From: Anaeramoeba ignava BMAN
Lineage: Eukaryota; Protista; Anaeramoebae
Length of the DNA stretch: 64,000 nt
NCBI GenBank assembly: GCA_028826165.1
Contig: JAPDFW010000063.1
Coordinates: forward strand, 1,302,001-1,366,000
Direction of reading: 5' to 3'
Each line of letters starts with the position of its first letter. Position 1 is the first letter of the stretch. This document shows positions 38,501-49,879 of this stretch, in pieces. A program made the translations under genes and the position numbers. The notes under the pieces are model-generated. The model was not told where the DNA came from, did no database searches, and saw nothing but the letters and a program-made list of their open reading frames with translations.

Positions 38501-41500
38501 GTATGAGTGTTTCATTATTAGTTGCACTTCATGATGGAAGTTCTATTGTTAGGAAAGAATTATTAATTGTTTTAACTCAATTAATTTGTAGTCATGAAAG
38601 TAAATATTTAATTTAAAATTTAATTTAATATTTAATTTAATATTTATTTTAATATTTATTTTAATATTTAATTTAATATTTAATTTAATATTTAATTTAA
38701 TATTTAATTTAATATTTATTTTAATATTTAATTTAATATTTATTTTAATATTTAATTTAATATTCATTTTAATATTTAATATTTAATTTAATATTTAATT
38801 TAATATTTATTTTAATATTTAATTTAATATTTAATTTAATATTTAATTTAATATTTATTTTAATTTAATATTTAATTTAATATTTAATTTAATATTTATT
38901 TTTAATATTTATTTTAATATTTAATTTAATATTTATTTTAATATTTAATTTAATATTTATTATTTTTAATATTTATTTTAATATTTAATATTTATTTTAA
39001 TATTTATTTTAATATTTATTTTAATATTTATTTTAATATTTATTTTAATATTTATTTTTAATATTTAATTTAATATTTAATTTTAATATTTAATTTAATA
39101 TTTAATTTAATATTTAATTTAATATTTATTTTAATATTTAATTTTTAATATTTAATATTTATTTTTAATATTTATTTAATATTTATTTTAATATTTAATT
39201 TAATATTTAATTTAATATTTATTTTAATATTTATTTTAATATTTATTTTTAATATTTAATATTTATTTTTAATATTTATTTTAATATTTATTTTAATATT
39301 TATTTTAATATTTATTTTTAATATTTATTTTAATATTTATTTTAATATTTAATTTATTTTAATATTTATTTTAATATTTATTTTAATATTTATTTTAATA
39401 TTTATTTTAATATTTATTTTAATATTTATTTTAATATTTATTTTTTAATATTTATTTTAATATTTATTTTTAATATTTAATTTTAATATTTTATTTTAAT
39501 ATTTATTTTAATATTTAATTTAATATTTATTTTAATATTTAATTTAATATTTAATTTTAATATTTATTTAATATTTAATTTTAATATTTAATATTTATTT
39601 TAATATTTAATTTTAATATTTAATTTTAATATTTATTTTAATATTTATTTTAATATTTAATTTTAAATTTAATTTAATATTTATTTTAATATTTAATTTA
39701 ATATTTAATTTAATATTTATTTAAATATTTATTTTAATATTTATTTTAATATTTAATATTTAATTTAATATTTAATTTAATATTTAATTTAATATTTATT
39801 ATTTAATTTAATATTTAATTTAATATTTATTATTTAATTTAATATTTAATTTAATATTTATTATTTAATTTAATATTTATTTTAATATTTATTTTAATAT
39901 TTAATTTAATATTTATTTTAATATTTGGTTTAATAAGATAAAATTAGAAAAATTGTTGGTTATAATTATAAAGAAAAAAAAGAAAGTCCACAAAATTCAA
40001 GAAATTATGATCATGAATCAACAGTATTTTCTTTATGGTGGGATTCTTTAACACAATTATGTAACGATCCATTTACAGAAATTCAAGATCTTGCTTCTAA
40101 TTTCACATTAAGATTAAAAGTTTATTGGAAAAAACAAGAAATTCAAAAAAGAAGTTTTTTTTCTGATGGAGAAGCAGAATATTCAGATGATTTAAACATG
40201 GAATCAAACATTGAAACAACAACAATTATGCTTCCTTTGAAAAATAGAACAAGAAGAAAAAGTAAAAGTAGAGGAGAAAATGATATTTGGAAAGATGATA
40301 AAGATGATGAAGATGATGATTCTTTATATCCAAATAAAAATATTAAATCAATAAGTCAAAGTTATACTCGAGGTAACTTAAGAAGATATAATAGTTCTTC
40401 TTCTTTATTACCAAATAAACCTCGTGGAAGGGTCAAATCTTCAATTAGAGAAAAGAAAATTAATACAAGCTTAAAAACATCACCAAGAAAATTTAAAGAA
40501 ATTGAAAAAAATAATGAAAAAGATAATGAAAAAGAATCAATTACTGATACTTCATTTTTTGCTGAAAATATGAAAAAAACTAAATCTTTTAATATAAATC
40601 AACCTATAAATGGAAAATCACCAAAACCTCAAAAAGGAAAATCACCTTTACAAAAAAATATTTTGGAAAATCATTTACAAGGATATGATTCTGATCCTGA
40701 AATTGGATATAATTCAGAAAAAGAAAGTACAATAGAACCACTTGTTTCTAATTTTTATGAATGGAATTGCCAATATTTCAAAGAGCCTTTTATGGAAATT
40801 ACAAAAAATCATAATACTTTCAATTACTTAAATGGAAAAAACATAAATAGAAGCAATTTATCACATTTTCCAATACAATCTTCATTATCAAATTATCAAA
40901 AATTAAGCAATACAAATATTACGATAACACAAGAAACAAATGAAGAAAAAAAACAAGAAAAAAGAACAATTTATTCAGATGAATTAAAAGAATTAATTCT
41001 CGAAAAAACAAAGAAATATCTTATTGAAAACAGTGAAAATGTAAAAGATAAAAGCATCAAATTTAATGAACAAAAATGTGTAATTGATATTTCATCTGAA
41101 AAAGTAAATCAAGTACGTTTTCATCCATTTCAATATGTTTTATTTTCAAGTGATAATAAAGGAATAATCTCAATATGGAATTGGGAGAAATCAATACCAA
41201 ATATAATCACAAAATTCAACAATAAAAACGATGAAGGAACAGAAATCACGTATATGAAACTAATTAACGAAGATGTTGAAGAAAACCCATTGATAATGAT
41301 AGGAGATAGTCAAGGAGTTATGAAAATTTGGGGAGATTATTCACTCAAAGAAACAAATTTTGAACCAAGACTTATTACTGGATGGAAAACATTCCCACAA
41401 TTTGATGTTTTACCAAAAAGAAGTGGGAATTGCATTTATGATTTTAATAAATATGATGGATATGTATTTGTAACAACAGGAACACGTAAAATCAAGATAT

Positions 41501-42144
41501 GGGATATTTGCAAAGAGTTAGAATTTGCAACAATTCCAACACATTGTGAGCATTCAATTAAATCATTATGTAGTGATCAAAGCAACCCAAATCTTCTTTA
41601 TTCAGGATCAAATACTGGAGCTGTTTTTATTTATGATATTAGATCAAAATTAAGTTTAGTTCATAGTTTTCAAGATCATAATTCACGAGTTATTAATGTT
41701 TATAAACAAAGAGAAGATTTACAATATTTAGTTAGTGGATCAGTTCAAGGAGAGATTGTTGTTCGAGATTTAAGTTTACAACAATCACCTATTAGTAAAT
41801 TTACAGCATCTAATCCAATGACAGCATTTGATATACATGATTGTTTTCCATTAGTTATTAGGTAAATAAAAATTTAATTTTAATTTTAATTTTTATTTTA
41901 ATTTAATTTTAAATTTTAATTTTAATTTTAATTTTAATTTAATAGTGGATCTTCAAATCATTTAGCAACTGCTTTTGATTTTGGAGGAGAAAGTTTAAAT
42001 AGAATTGGTTATCTTGATTCTTTTGTTATTCCAAAAACTGGATTAATTAATAATATAAGTTTTCATCCTTATTATCTAAAAGTTGCAATTTCTGCTGATT
42101 CTTTAATTTATATTTATGGAGCAAATAAAACTAATAAGAAATAA
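35565..42144 (+). CDS. RPTOR: Raptor/KOG1 (TORC1 subunit); 6 exons, several apparent homopolymer indels
   Basis: DWRIKTR|IKT..CLNIGINPPDV..LQCWIDP, LFHYNGHGVPKPT..EIWVFN, FPADLFTSCLTTP, LGELNWIFTSITDTIAW, LYRQDILVASLFRNYLLAERI, HEAT repeats, C-terminal WD40. Confidence 0.95.
35990..36765. repeat. (AAATAT)n microsatellite in Raptor intron 2
   Basis: Read directly in the sequence. Confidence 0.9.
38605..39925. repeat. ~12-bp repeat (ttaatatttatt / ttaatatttaat) in Raptor intron 4
   Basis: Read directly in the sequence. Confidence 0.9.
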
Positions 42145-42289
42145 TTAATCTAAAATAAATAATGAAAATAAAAAGGAAATCAAAAAAGGAATCAAAAAAG
42201 GAAAATGAAATTTGTTTTATTTTTTTTGATTAAAAAATTAAAAAATAAAAAAATAAATTAAATTTTTGGAATTTGTTTTTTTTTATTTA

Positions 42290-42720
42290 ATAAATTAATA
42301 TTTAATTAATATTTAAATTATAAATTATTTATTTTATTAATTTTAAATATAATTTTAAATTAATATATTATTAATTATTATTTAATATTTTTGATATTTT
42401 ATTTATTAAATATTTTAATCAAATAAATAATAAGAAATTAATTAATATTTAATTAATATTTAAATTATAAATTATTTATTTGGTTAATTTTAAATATAAT
42501 TTTAAATTAATATATTATTGATTATTATTGAATATTTTTGATATTTTATTTATTAAATATTTTAATTAAATAAATAATAAGAAATAAATTAATATTTAAT
42601 TAATATTTAAATTATAAATTATTTATTTGATTAATTTTAAATATAATTTTAAATTAATATATTATTAATTATTATTGAATATTTTAGATATTTTATTTAT
42701 TAAATATTTTAATTAAATAA
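42290..42720. repeat. 147-bp tandem repeat, about 3 units, upstream of H3 variant copy 1
   Basis: Landmark G of aataagaaa at 42434 and 42581 (147 bp apart). Confidence 0.88.
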
Positions 42721-42731
42721 AATCAAAACAC

Positions 42732-42815
42732 TATTATCCAATAAATTAAGAGATTTAAAAATAATAAAAATCAAAAATTATTGGATAATATTTGATTAAA
42801 AAAAATATAAAAAGG
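42732..42815 (+). promoter_or_regulatory. H3 variant promoter: inverted CCAAT pair plus TATA-like box
   Basis: TATTATCCAATAA (42732) ... TTATTGGATAATA (ends 42790), a perfect 13-bp inverted repeat; TATAAAA at 42806. Confidence 0.65.
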
Positions 42816-42902
42816 AAAAAATAAATTTTTTATTTCATTTTTTCATTTTTTATTTTTTATTTTCAAATTTATTTTTTATTAATTAATTAATTTTTAAAAA
42901 AA

Positions 42903-43475
42903 ATGGCAAGAACAAAATCAACTGGAAAAAAATCAACAAGTGGAAAAAGACCACATAGAGGATCAAAAGGTCAAAAAGGTCAAAAAACAGCACAAAAAGG
43001 ACAAAAAGCAAGAAAAGGACAAAAAGCACAAAAAGGTCAAAAAGGTCAAAAAACTGGACAAAAAGCACAAAAAGGACAAAAAACAGCACAAAAAGCAAGA
43101 AAAGGACAAAAAGGACAAAAAGGACATAAAACAGCACAAAAAGGACAAAAAGGAAAAAAAAGTTCAGTTGCAGCAAAAAGACAAAGAAGAGTTAAACCAG
43201 GAACAGTTGCAACAAGAGAAATTAAAAAATATCAAAAATCAACTGAATTATTATTAAGAAAATTACCATTTCAAAGATTAGTAAGAGATATTGCACATGA
43301 ACATAAATCAGATTTAAGATTTCAAAGTGCAGCTATTGCAGCTTTACAAGAAGCAACTGAAGCATTTATTGTTGAAGTTTTAGAAGATACTAATTTATGT
43401 GCACTTCATGCTAAAAGAGTTACAATTATGAAAAATGATCTTGATTTAGTTAAAAAAATTCGTTCAAATCTTTAA
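42903..43475 (+). CDS. Histone H3 variant with extended (G/A)QK-repeat N-terminal tail, copy 1
   Basis: MARTK start; H3 fold [62 protein letters not shown]; 190 aa; intronless. Confidence 0.95.
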   Translation: MARTKSTGKKSTSGKRPHRGSKGQKGQKTAQKGQKARKGQKAQKGQKGQKTGQKAQKGQKTAQKARKGQKGQKGHKTAQKGQKGKKSSVAAKRQRRVKPGTVATREIKKYQKSTELLLRKLPFQRLVRDIAHEHKSDLRFQSAAIAALQEATEAFIVEVLEDTNLCALHAKRVTIMKNDLDLVKKIRSNL

Positions 43476-43740
43476 ATTCTAATTTAATTTCTAATTCTAA
43501 TTTAATTTCTAATTCAAATTTCCAATTTTATTTCTTTTTTTAATTTGATCAATTTTTTTTTCTTTTTTTTTTTAATTTGAAATAAAAATAAATAAATAAT
43601 TAATAAGAAAAAGAACAAAAAAATTTCAATTTTATTTTTTGAAAAAGCAAAAAAAAAAGAATAAAAAAATTTATTTTTTCATTTTCATTTTTTTTCATTT
43701 TTTTTCATTTTTTTTTAATTTTAATTTAATTATTTTATTA

Positions 43741-46700
43741 ATGTCAGTATTAGAACAAACAAAAACAAAAACAAAACCAAAAACAAAACAACAATTTCCT
43801 TCAAAACCACAATTCCCTCCAAAACTACAACTTCCTCCAAAACCACAACTTCCTCCAAAACCACAATTCCAATCAATATTTAAAGAAAATGAGAATGAAA
43901 ATGAAAATCAAAAATCAAAATGAAATTGAAAAATTACAAACACAAATAAAAAATCAAGATAAAAGAATTAATCAATTTCAATTAGCGTTAATCCAAAAAG
44001 ACGAAGAAATCAAACAATTACAATTTCAATTATACGAAAAAGATCAACAAAACAAACAACTTGAATTTATATTAACAGAAAAAGAGGAAAAAATCAAGAA
44101 ATTGCAATATCAATTAAATCAATCAGAAGAAATCCAACCATTTGAATCCAATACAAATCAAACTCCTCAAATTCAAACAATTCCTTTAATTCGAAACACT
44201 TCATCTCCAACAAATCAAAGAATACAACCGATTCAATCCAACTTAACTCAACAAAATCAAGTATTTTATCCAAAAGAATCAAATTTCAATAAAAATCATA
44301 AACTTCAAACAGTTCCTTCAATCGGACCCATTTTATATCCAACAGATGAGCAAATAAAACAACTCCAATCACATTTATCTGAAAAAGATGAACAAATTCA
44401 AGAAATGAAAAACTCTTTTAAAATGATGGAACAAGAATTACAAACTTCAAAAAATCAAAAAGAAACAGAAACTGCAATTTTTTTGGAACAAATTAAAGAT
44501 GATCCAAATCCTCAAAACCAAAGTAAAATCAATATCAAAATCAAAATTCATTTCAATATTAATTTTAAAGTTGATTTCAATATTAATTTAATTATTGATT
44601 TAAATATTAATTTAAATAATAATTTAAATATTAATTTAAATATTAATTTAAATATTAATTTAAATATTAATTTAATTATTGATTTATATATTAATTTAAA
44701 TATTAATTTATATATTAATTTAAATATTAATTTAAATATTAATTTATATATTAATTTAAATATTAATTTAAAAATTCTTTTAGAAAAAATTTCAATTAAA
44801 CAAATCCTGAAATATATGACGAAATTTCCAAAGAATGAAAGTATTCAGCAAAATAGTTCTTTTATTTTAAAAAAAATGTCAGGAGGATTAGACAGTAAAA
44901 TTATTCTTGAAAATTAAAATTTAAAATTGTAAAATTAAATTAAAATTTTCTCATTAAAGGTGATCAACTTGAATTAAGAAAAGAAAAAGGAAACGAAATT
45001 TCTAATTTTGGTGGAATGGAAATAATTATTCAAACAGCAAATAATTTCCCAAACAATGAAAATATCCAAAAAAATGCAATTTCCCTTTTGGTTAATATGC
45101 TTCTTAACGATCGTAATTTTATTTTCTAAATTTTATCCAAAAAAAATCATTCATTTCAATTTCTTGTTTTTGTTCGAAAAAAATCAAAATAAAAATAGAA
45201 AATCAAGCACAATTTAAAGAAATGAGTGGAATGGAAACAATTTTAAATTCAATGAGTAATTTTATAAGTAGTCATGGTATCCAAGAAAAAGCCTTTGAAA
45301 TTTTTCTCTTAATTGCTAGTATTGATGGTAATTTTATTTTCTAAATTTTATCCAAAAAAAATCATTCATTTCAATTTCTTGTTTTTGTTCAAAAAAAATC
45401 AAAATCAAAATAGGAAATCAAGAACAATTTCAGAAAATGAATGGATTTAAAGCAATTATTGGTACAATGAACAATTTCTCAAGTTCTGAAAATCTCCAAG
45501 AAAAAGGATGTGAAATTTTAAGGTTAATGCTTATTGTTGAAGGTAAAAATTTACAAAAATAAATCGTCCTTTTTCATTTAATTGATTATGAACTTTTTTA
45601 AAAAAACAAAAAAAAAATTAGAAAATTCGGAACAACTTCAAGAACCTAAATTAATTGAGACATTGTTGAATACAATGAATAACTTCTCACAAAATCAAAA
45701 AATTATCGTAGAATCTTTTTCAATTTTGGATATATATGTTCGATTGAATTTGGGTAATTTTAATCATTACCAAAACCAAATTAGAGAAAAAAATTAAATT
45801 ATATTTTTATATTAAAAAAACAACACAAAAAAGACAATAAAATCAATTTTGGTAAATTAAATGGAATTGAAGCTATGATCAAAGCATTGAATAATTTCCC
45901 ACTTGATGAAAAAATTCAAGAAAAAGGAGTATTAATCTTAGCAAATTGCGCCAAAGAACCAGGTGATTAAAACAAAAGATTTGATTTCCAATTAAAATTT
46001 AAATTAAAATTAAATTAAATTAAATTAAATTAAATTAAAATTAAAATTAATATTTAAAATTAAAATTAATATTGAAAAATAAAAACAATAAAAAGGGAAT
46101 CGAATCCAAATTGGAAAATTAGAAGGAATTGAAACCATTATTAAAACATTGAATAATTTTCCAAATCATGAAAATATTCAATGGACAGGAATTGGATCTT
46201 TAGGGAATTTTTCATCAGAAAATGAAGGTAAAAATTTGAATTAATTCAAATTTTCAGTTAAAAATTAATCATTTTAAATTAATATTTTAATGAAAAGTGA
46301 ATCAAATCAAAATTGGAGATCTTAATGGAATTGAATTAATTATAAACGGAATGAATAATTTTCCAAATATCCAAAATATTCAATTATATGCATGTGCAGC
46401 TTTAGGAAATATTGCTGAAAACAATAACGGTAAATTTAGAAAATAAAATTAAAAATCAATTCCAAAAAAAATATATATTTAAGGAAACATAAACATTTTT
46501 GCTTTGATTTCAATTCAATTATTCAATTTCTTTCACTCTCAAATTATTTCCAAAAGAAAATAAAGCCAAAATTGTTAAACTTAAAGGAATTGAATTATTT
46601 ATCAAAGCAATGAGTAATTTCCCAGAAAACGGAAATATTCAATTTTATGGATCTCGAGTTTTAGGCAATATTTCTGATAATAATCAAGGTAAAATTGAAA

Positions 46701-48240
46701 ATTATTTAAATCATGAATTATTTAAATTAAAAATTATTTAAATTAGAAAATGCATCTCAAATTACAAAGTTAAAAGGAATTGAATTAATTGTTAAAGCAA
46801 TGACTATTTTTCCAAATGTTGAAAGTATTCATTTTCATGGATGTCGAGTTTTAGCAAATCTTTCTGAAAATAATAAAAGTAAATTTCTCAATAACAAAAA
46901 ATCAAAAAAATTTTCATTAACAAAAAAAACAACAATTTAGAAAATGCAATTCAAATTACAAAGTTAAAAGGAATCGAATTAATTGTTAAAGCAATGGCTA
47001 ATTTCCCAGATAGTGAAAATGTTCAAATTCATGGATGTCGAGTTTTAGCAAATCTTTCTGAAAATAATAAAAGTAAATTTCTCAATAACAAAAATCAAAA
47101 ATCCAAAATTAAAATTAAAAAAAAAAAATTAGAAATTGTAACTCAAATTGGCAAAACAAAAGCAATTGAAACAATTATTTTAGCAATGAATATCTTCTCA
47201 AACAATGAAGATCTTCAATCTAAAGGATGCAAAGCTTTAGGGAACATTTCAAAAGAAAATAAAAGTAAATTTTTTTAAATTAAGCAAAACAATTTACATG
47301 ACAATTTATAAAATTCAAAAAAATCCAAAACAAAAAACAATTAGAAAATGCAAATCAAATTTCTAAAATCAAAGGAATTGAAACAATTATTCAAGCAATT
47401 CATAATTTCCCAAATAATCCAAATATTCAATTTTATGGATCTCGAGTTTTAGGCAATATTGCTGAAAATAGTAAAGGTAAATCAAATCAAAATCAAAATC
47501 AAAATCAAAATCAAAATCAAAATCAAATCAAAATCAAAATTCAAATCAAAATTCAAATCAAAATCAAAATCAAAATCAAAATCAAAATCAAAATTAAAAT
47601 CAAAATTCAAATCAAAATCAAAATCAAAATCAAAATCAAAAAAATCAAATCAAAAAATCAAAATCAAAATCAAAATCAAAATTTTATAATTGATAAAACA
47701 ATTTAAAATAAAAAAATTATAGACAATTCAACTCAAATTAACAAATTGAAAGGAATTGAACCAATTATTAAAGCAATGGCTAATTTCCCAGATAATGGAA
47801 ATGTTCAATATCATGGATGTAGAACTTTAGGAAATCTTTGTGAAAACAATAAAGGTAAATTTTTATTAACAAAACATTTCCAATAACAAAACATTTCCAA
47901 TAACAAAAAAAAAACACACAATAGATATTCAAAATCAAATCAAAGAGTTACGAGGAATTGAACCAATTATGAAATGCATGAATGATTTCCCAAATGTTGA
48001 GTATATTCAAGAGAAATGTTGTTTTGCTATTTTTCATCTTTCTAACAATAAAGGTAATTAAATTCTTAAATTTTTAAATTTTTAAATTCTTAAATTCTTA
48101 AATTCTAAATTTTAAATAGATAATAAAACTCAAATCAAATCATTAAATGGATTAGAATTAATTTTGAAATCAACAATTAAATTTCCAGAAAATCAAAATA
48201 TCCAAAAATGGGGAAAAGATTTATTAAAAGATCTCGTTAA
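43741..48240 (+). CDS. Pro-rich / coiled-coil / armadillo-repeat protein, about 17 exons, one ARM repeat per exon; apparent indel near 43915
   Basis: Repeating exons of type EN..QI.KL.GIE.II.AM.NFP..ENIQ..G...LGNI.EN, mostly 129-132 nt, all flanked by phase-1 GT-AG introns. Confidence 0.85.
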
Positions 48241-48374
48241 TTGATTCTTTTTTTTTAATTTTTTAATTTTTTAATTTTTTAATTTTTTAACAAATCAGAA
48301 AAAAATAAATCCAAAATTCAAAATTCAAAATTCAAAATTCAAAAATTGCTTTATTTTTGTTATTTTTGTTGTTT

Positions 48375-49745
48375 TTAATCTTTTAAAAGATCATTCAAAA
48401 GATCAATTTCTCTTTTTAATTTTTCATCACCAATTATTGAAATTTCAGTTTTCAAATATTCCAAAAATTTTTGACCTTTTTCTTTATCATTAACTTTATG
48501 AAATTTCTTAACTAAATCAACCAAACGAATTAATAAAATAGCTTTTCTAATACTTTTATCTTCAAAAAATTCATTTTGATTTTGATTCAATTCAGGAAAA
48601 ATAACATTATTAACTTCTTTAAAATCATTTCCATATTTATCCTTATAAGTAACAACAATATTCAAAGGAATTCCATCAGCAACAGATTTATCCATTTTAA
48701 GCAATAAAACAGCACCTTGAGCCTCACCATTCTCATTTACATCACTTGGCATTGCTGTTGAAATCTCAGCAACTGTTGTATCCTTCTTTGTTTCTGAATC
48801 AGGTGATCCATAAATTGATTGAATTTTTGCTCCTTCAACTTTAACTTCAATATCAAAACAAATAGGTGTCATAATATAATCAAATTCGGTATCCATTCTT
48901 CTTTTGAATTCGGAAGATGAATTAACTGAATAATAATTAGCTCCTTTTGTTTTTGTGATGATATCAATTAATTCTGTATTAAAATCAACTCCAATCCCAA
49001 TAAAAGTTGTGTAAATCTTTTTTTCAGCTGATTTTTTTGTAAGTGAAAATAATCCATCACTTCTTGTTTCTCCAGTTGTTGGATGAGCATCTGTTAAATA
49101 AAGAATTCTGTTTTCATATTCTTTCATTTCGTCTCCTTTGAATTTTTTCAAGTGATTTTCAATCATTCTTGATCCTTCAATAAATCCTTCTTCGAGATTA
49201 GTTCCTCCTCTTGTATTTAATTCCTTCATTGTTTTTTTGAATTTTTCCATATCCATTTCCCCAAATTTTTGGAAAGGAATCAAAACTTCAGCATCATCAT
49301 CAAAAATAACAATTCCCAAATAATCATCTTCTTTTAAATGTTCAGTTAATCCAATTATAGTTCTTTTTGCGACTTCTAATTTACTTGAAGTGTTTTCATT
49401 TCTTTTCCATTCACCAGTAAAAGACATACTCATTGAACCTGAAATATCCAAAACAATCACACAATTAATTAAAGGTCTTCCAAATTTCTTTATTCCTTCT
49501 CCATCATATTTGGATTTCATCATAAGTGATAAATAATATTCTTTTTCTTTTGTTTCTAAATTTTCTGTTATTGCACAAAAGGGTTGAACTGCCATTAGTT
49601 TCTCTTCTTCTGGTTTTCCTACATTGAAATAATATTCTGAAAATAATCCATGATAAGTAATTGAATTTTCAACTACTGTTTGGTTTTTTTGAACATTTAT
49701 TCTGAAATTTGTTATATCTTGAGCTCCTCCAAATGAATTTTGCAT
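48375..49745 (-). CDS. von Willebrand factor A (vWA) domain protein, intronless, prokaryote-like family
   Basis: MIDAS motif VIVLDISGSMS, RGGTNLEEG, ILYLTDAHP, TTFIGIGVDFN; N-terminal GGAQDITNFR..ITYHGLFSEYYF. Confidence 0.88.
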   Translation of the reverse strand: MQNSFGGAQDITNFRINVQKNQTVVENSITYHGLFSEYYFNVGKPEEEKLMAVQPFCAITENLETKEKEYYLSLMMKSKYDGEGIKKFGRPLINCVIVLDISGSMSMSFTGEWKRNENTSSKLEVAKRTIIGLTEHLKEDDYLGIVIFDDDAEVLIPFQKFGEMDMEKFKKTMKELNTRGGTNLEEGFIEGSRMIENHLKKFKGDEMKEYENRILYLTDAHPTTGETRSDGLFSLTKKSAEKKIYTTFIGIGVDFNTELIDIITKTKGANYYSVNSSSEFKRRMDTEFDYIMTPICFDIEVKVEGAKIQSIYGSPDSETKKDTTVAEISTAMPSDVNENGEAQGAVLLLKMDKSVADGIPLNIVVTYKDKYGNDFKEVNNVIFPELNQNQNEFFEDKSIRKAILLIRLVDLVKKFHKVNDKEKGQKFLEYLKTEISIIGDEKLKREIDLLNDLLKD

Positions 49746-49879
49746 TTTTTGTTTTTTTTTATTTAATTAAAATGAGAAAAATGAAAAGTTAAATTGATCC
49801 AAAAAAAAAAATTTTTTTTTTCTTAAAGTGAGAACTAAAATTTTAAACTTAAAAAAAAGCTAGAAAACAAATTTCGCAT

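Noticed and set aside
17756-42144. Functional TORC1 cluster (eIF4E2, Maf1, tRNA, Raptor)
   Set aside because: Spread over 24 kb with unrelated genes between; nothing in the sequence distinguishes it from chance.
42903-43475. Calling the H3 variant CENP-A/CenH3
   Set aside because: Loop 1 has canonical length, Q68/F84/T107 equivalents are retained, and the ARTK N-terminus is kept.
45270-48900. Other GTATCC/ATATCC hits as further U12 donors (e.g. 45277, 48779, also 23331)
   Set aside because: They lie inside exons or on the non-coding strand, with no matching branch site or frame requirement.
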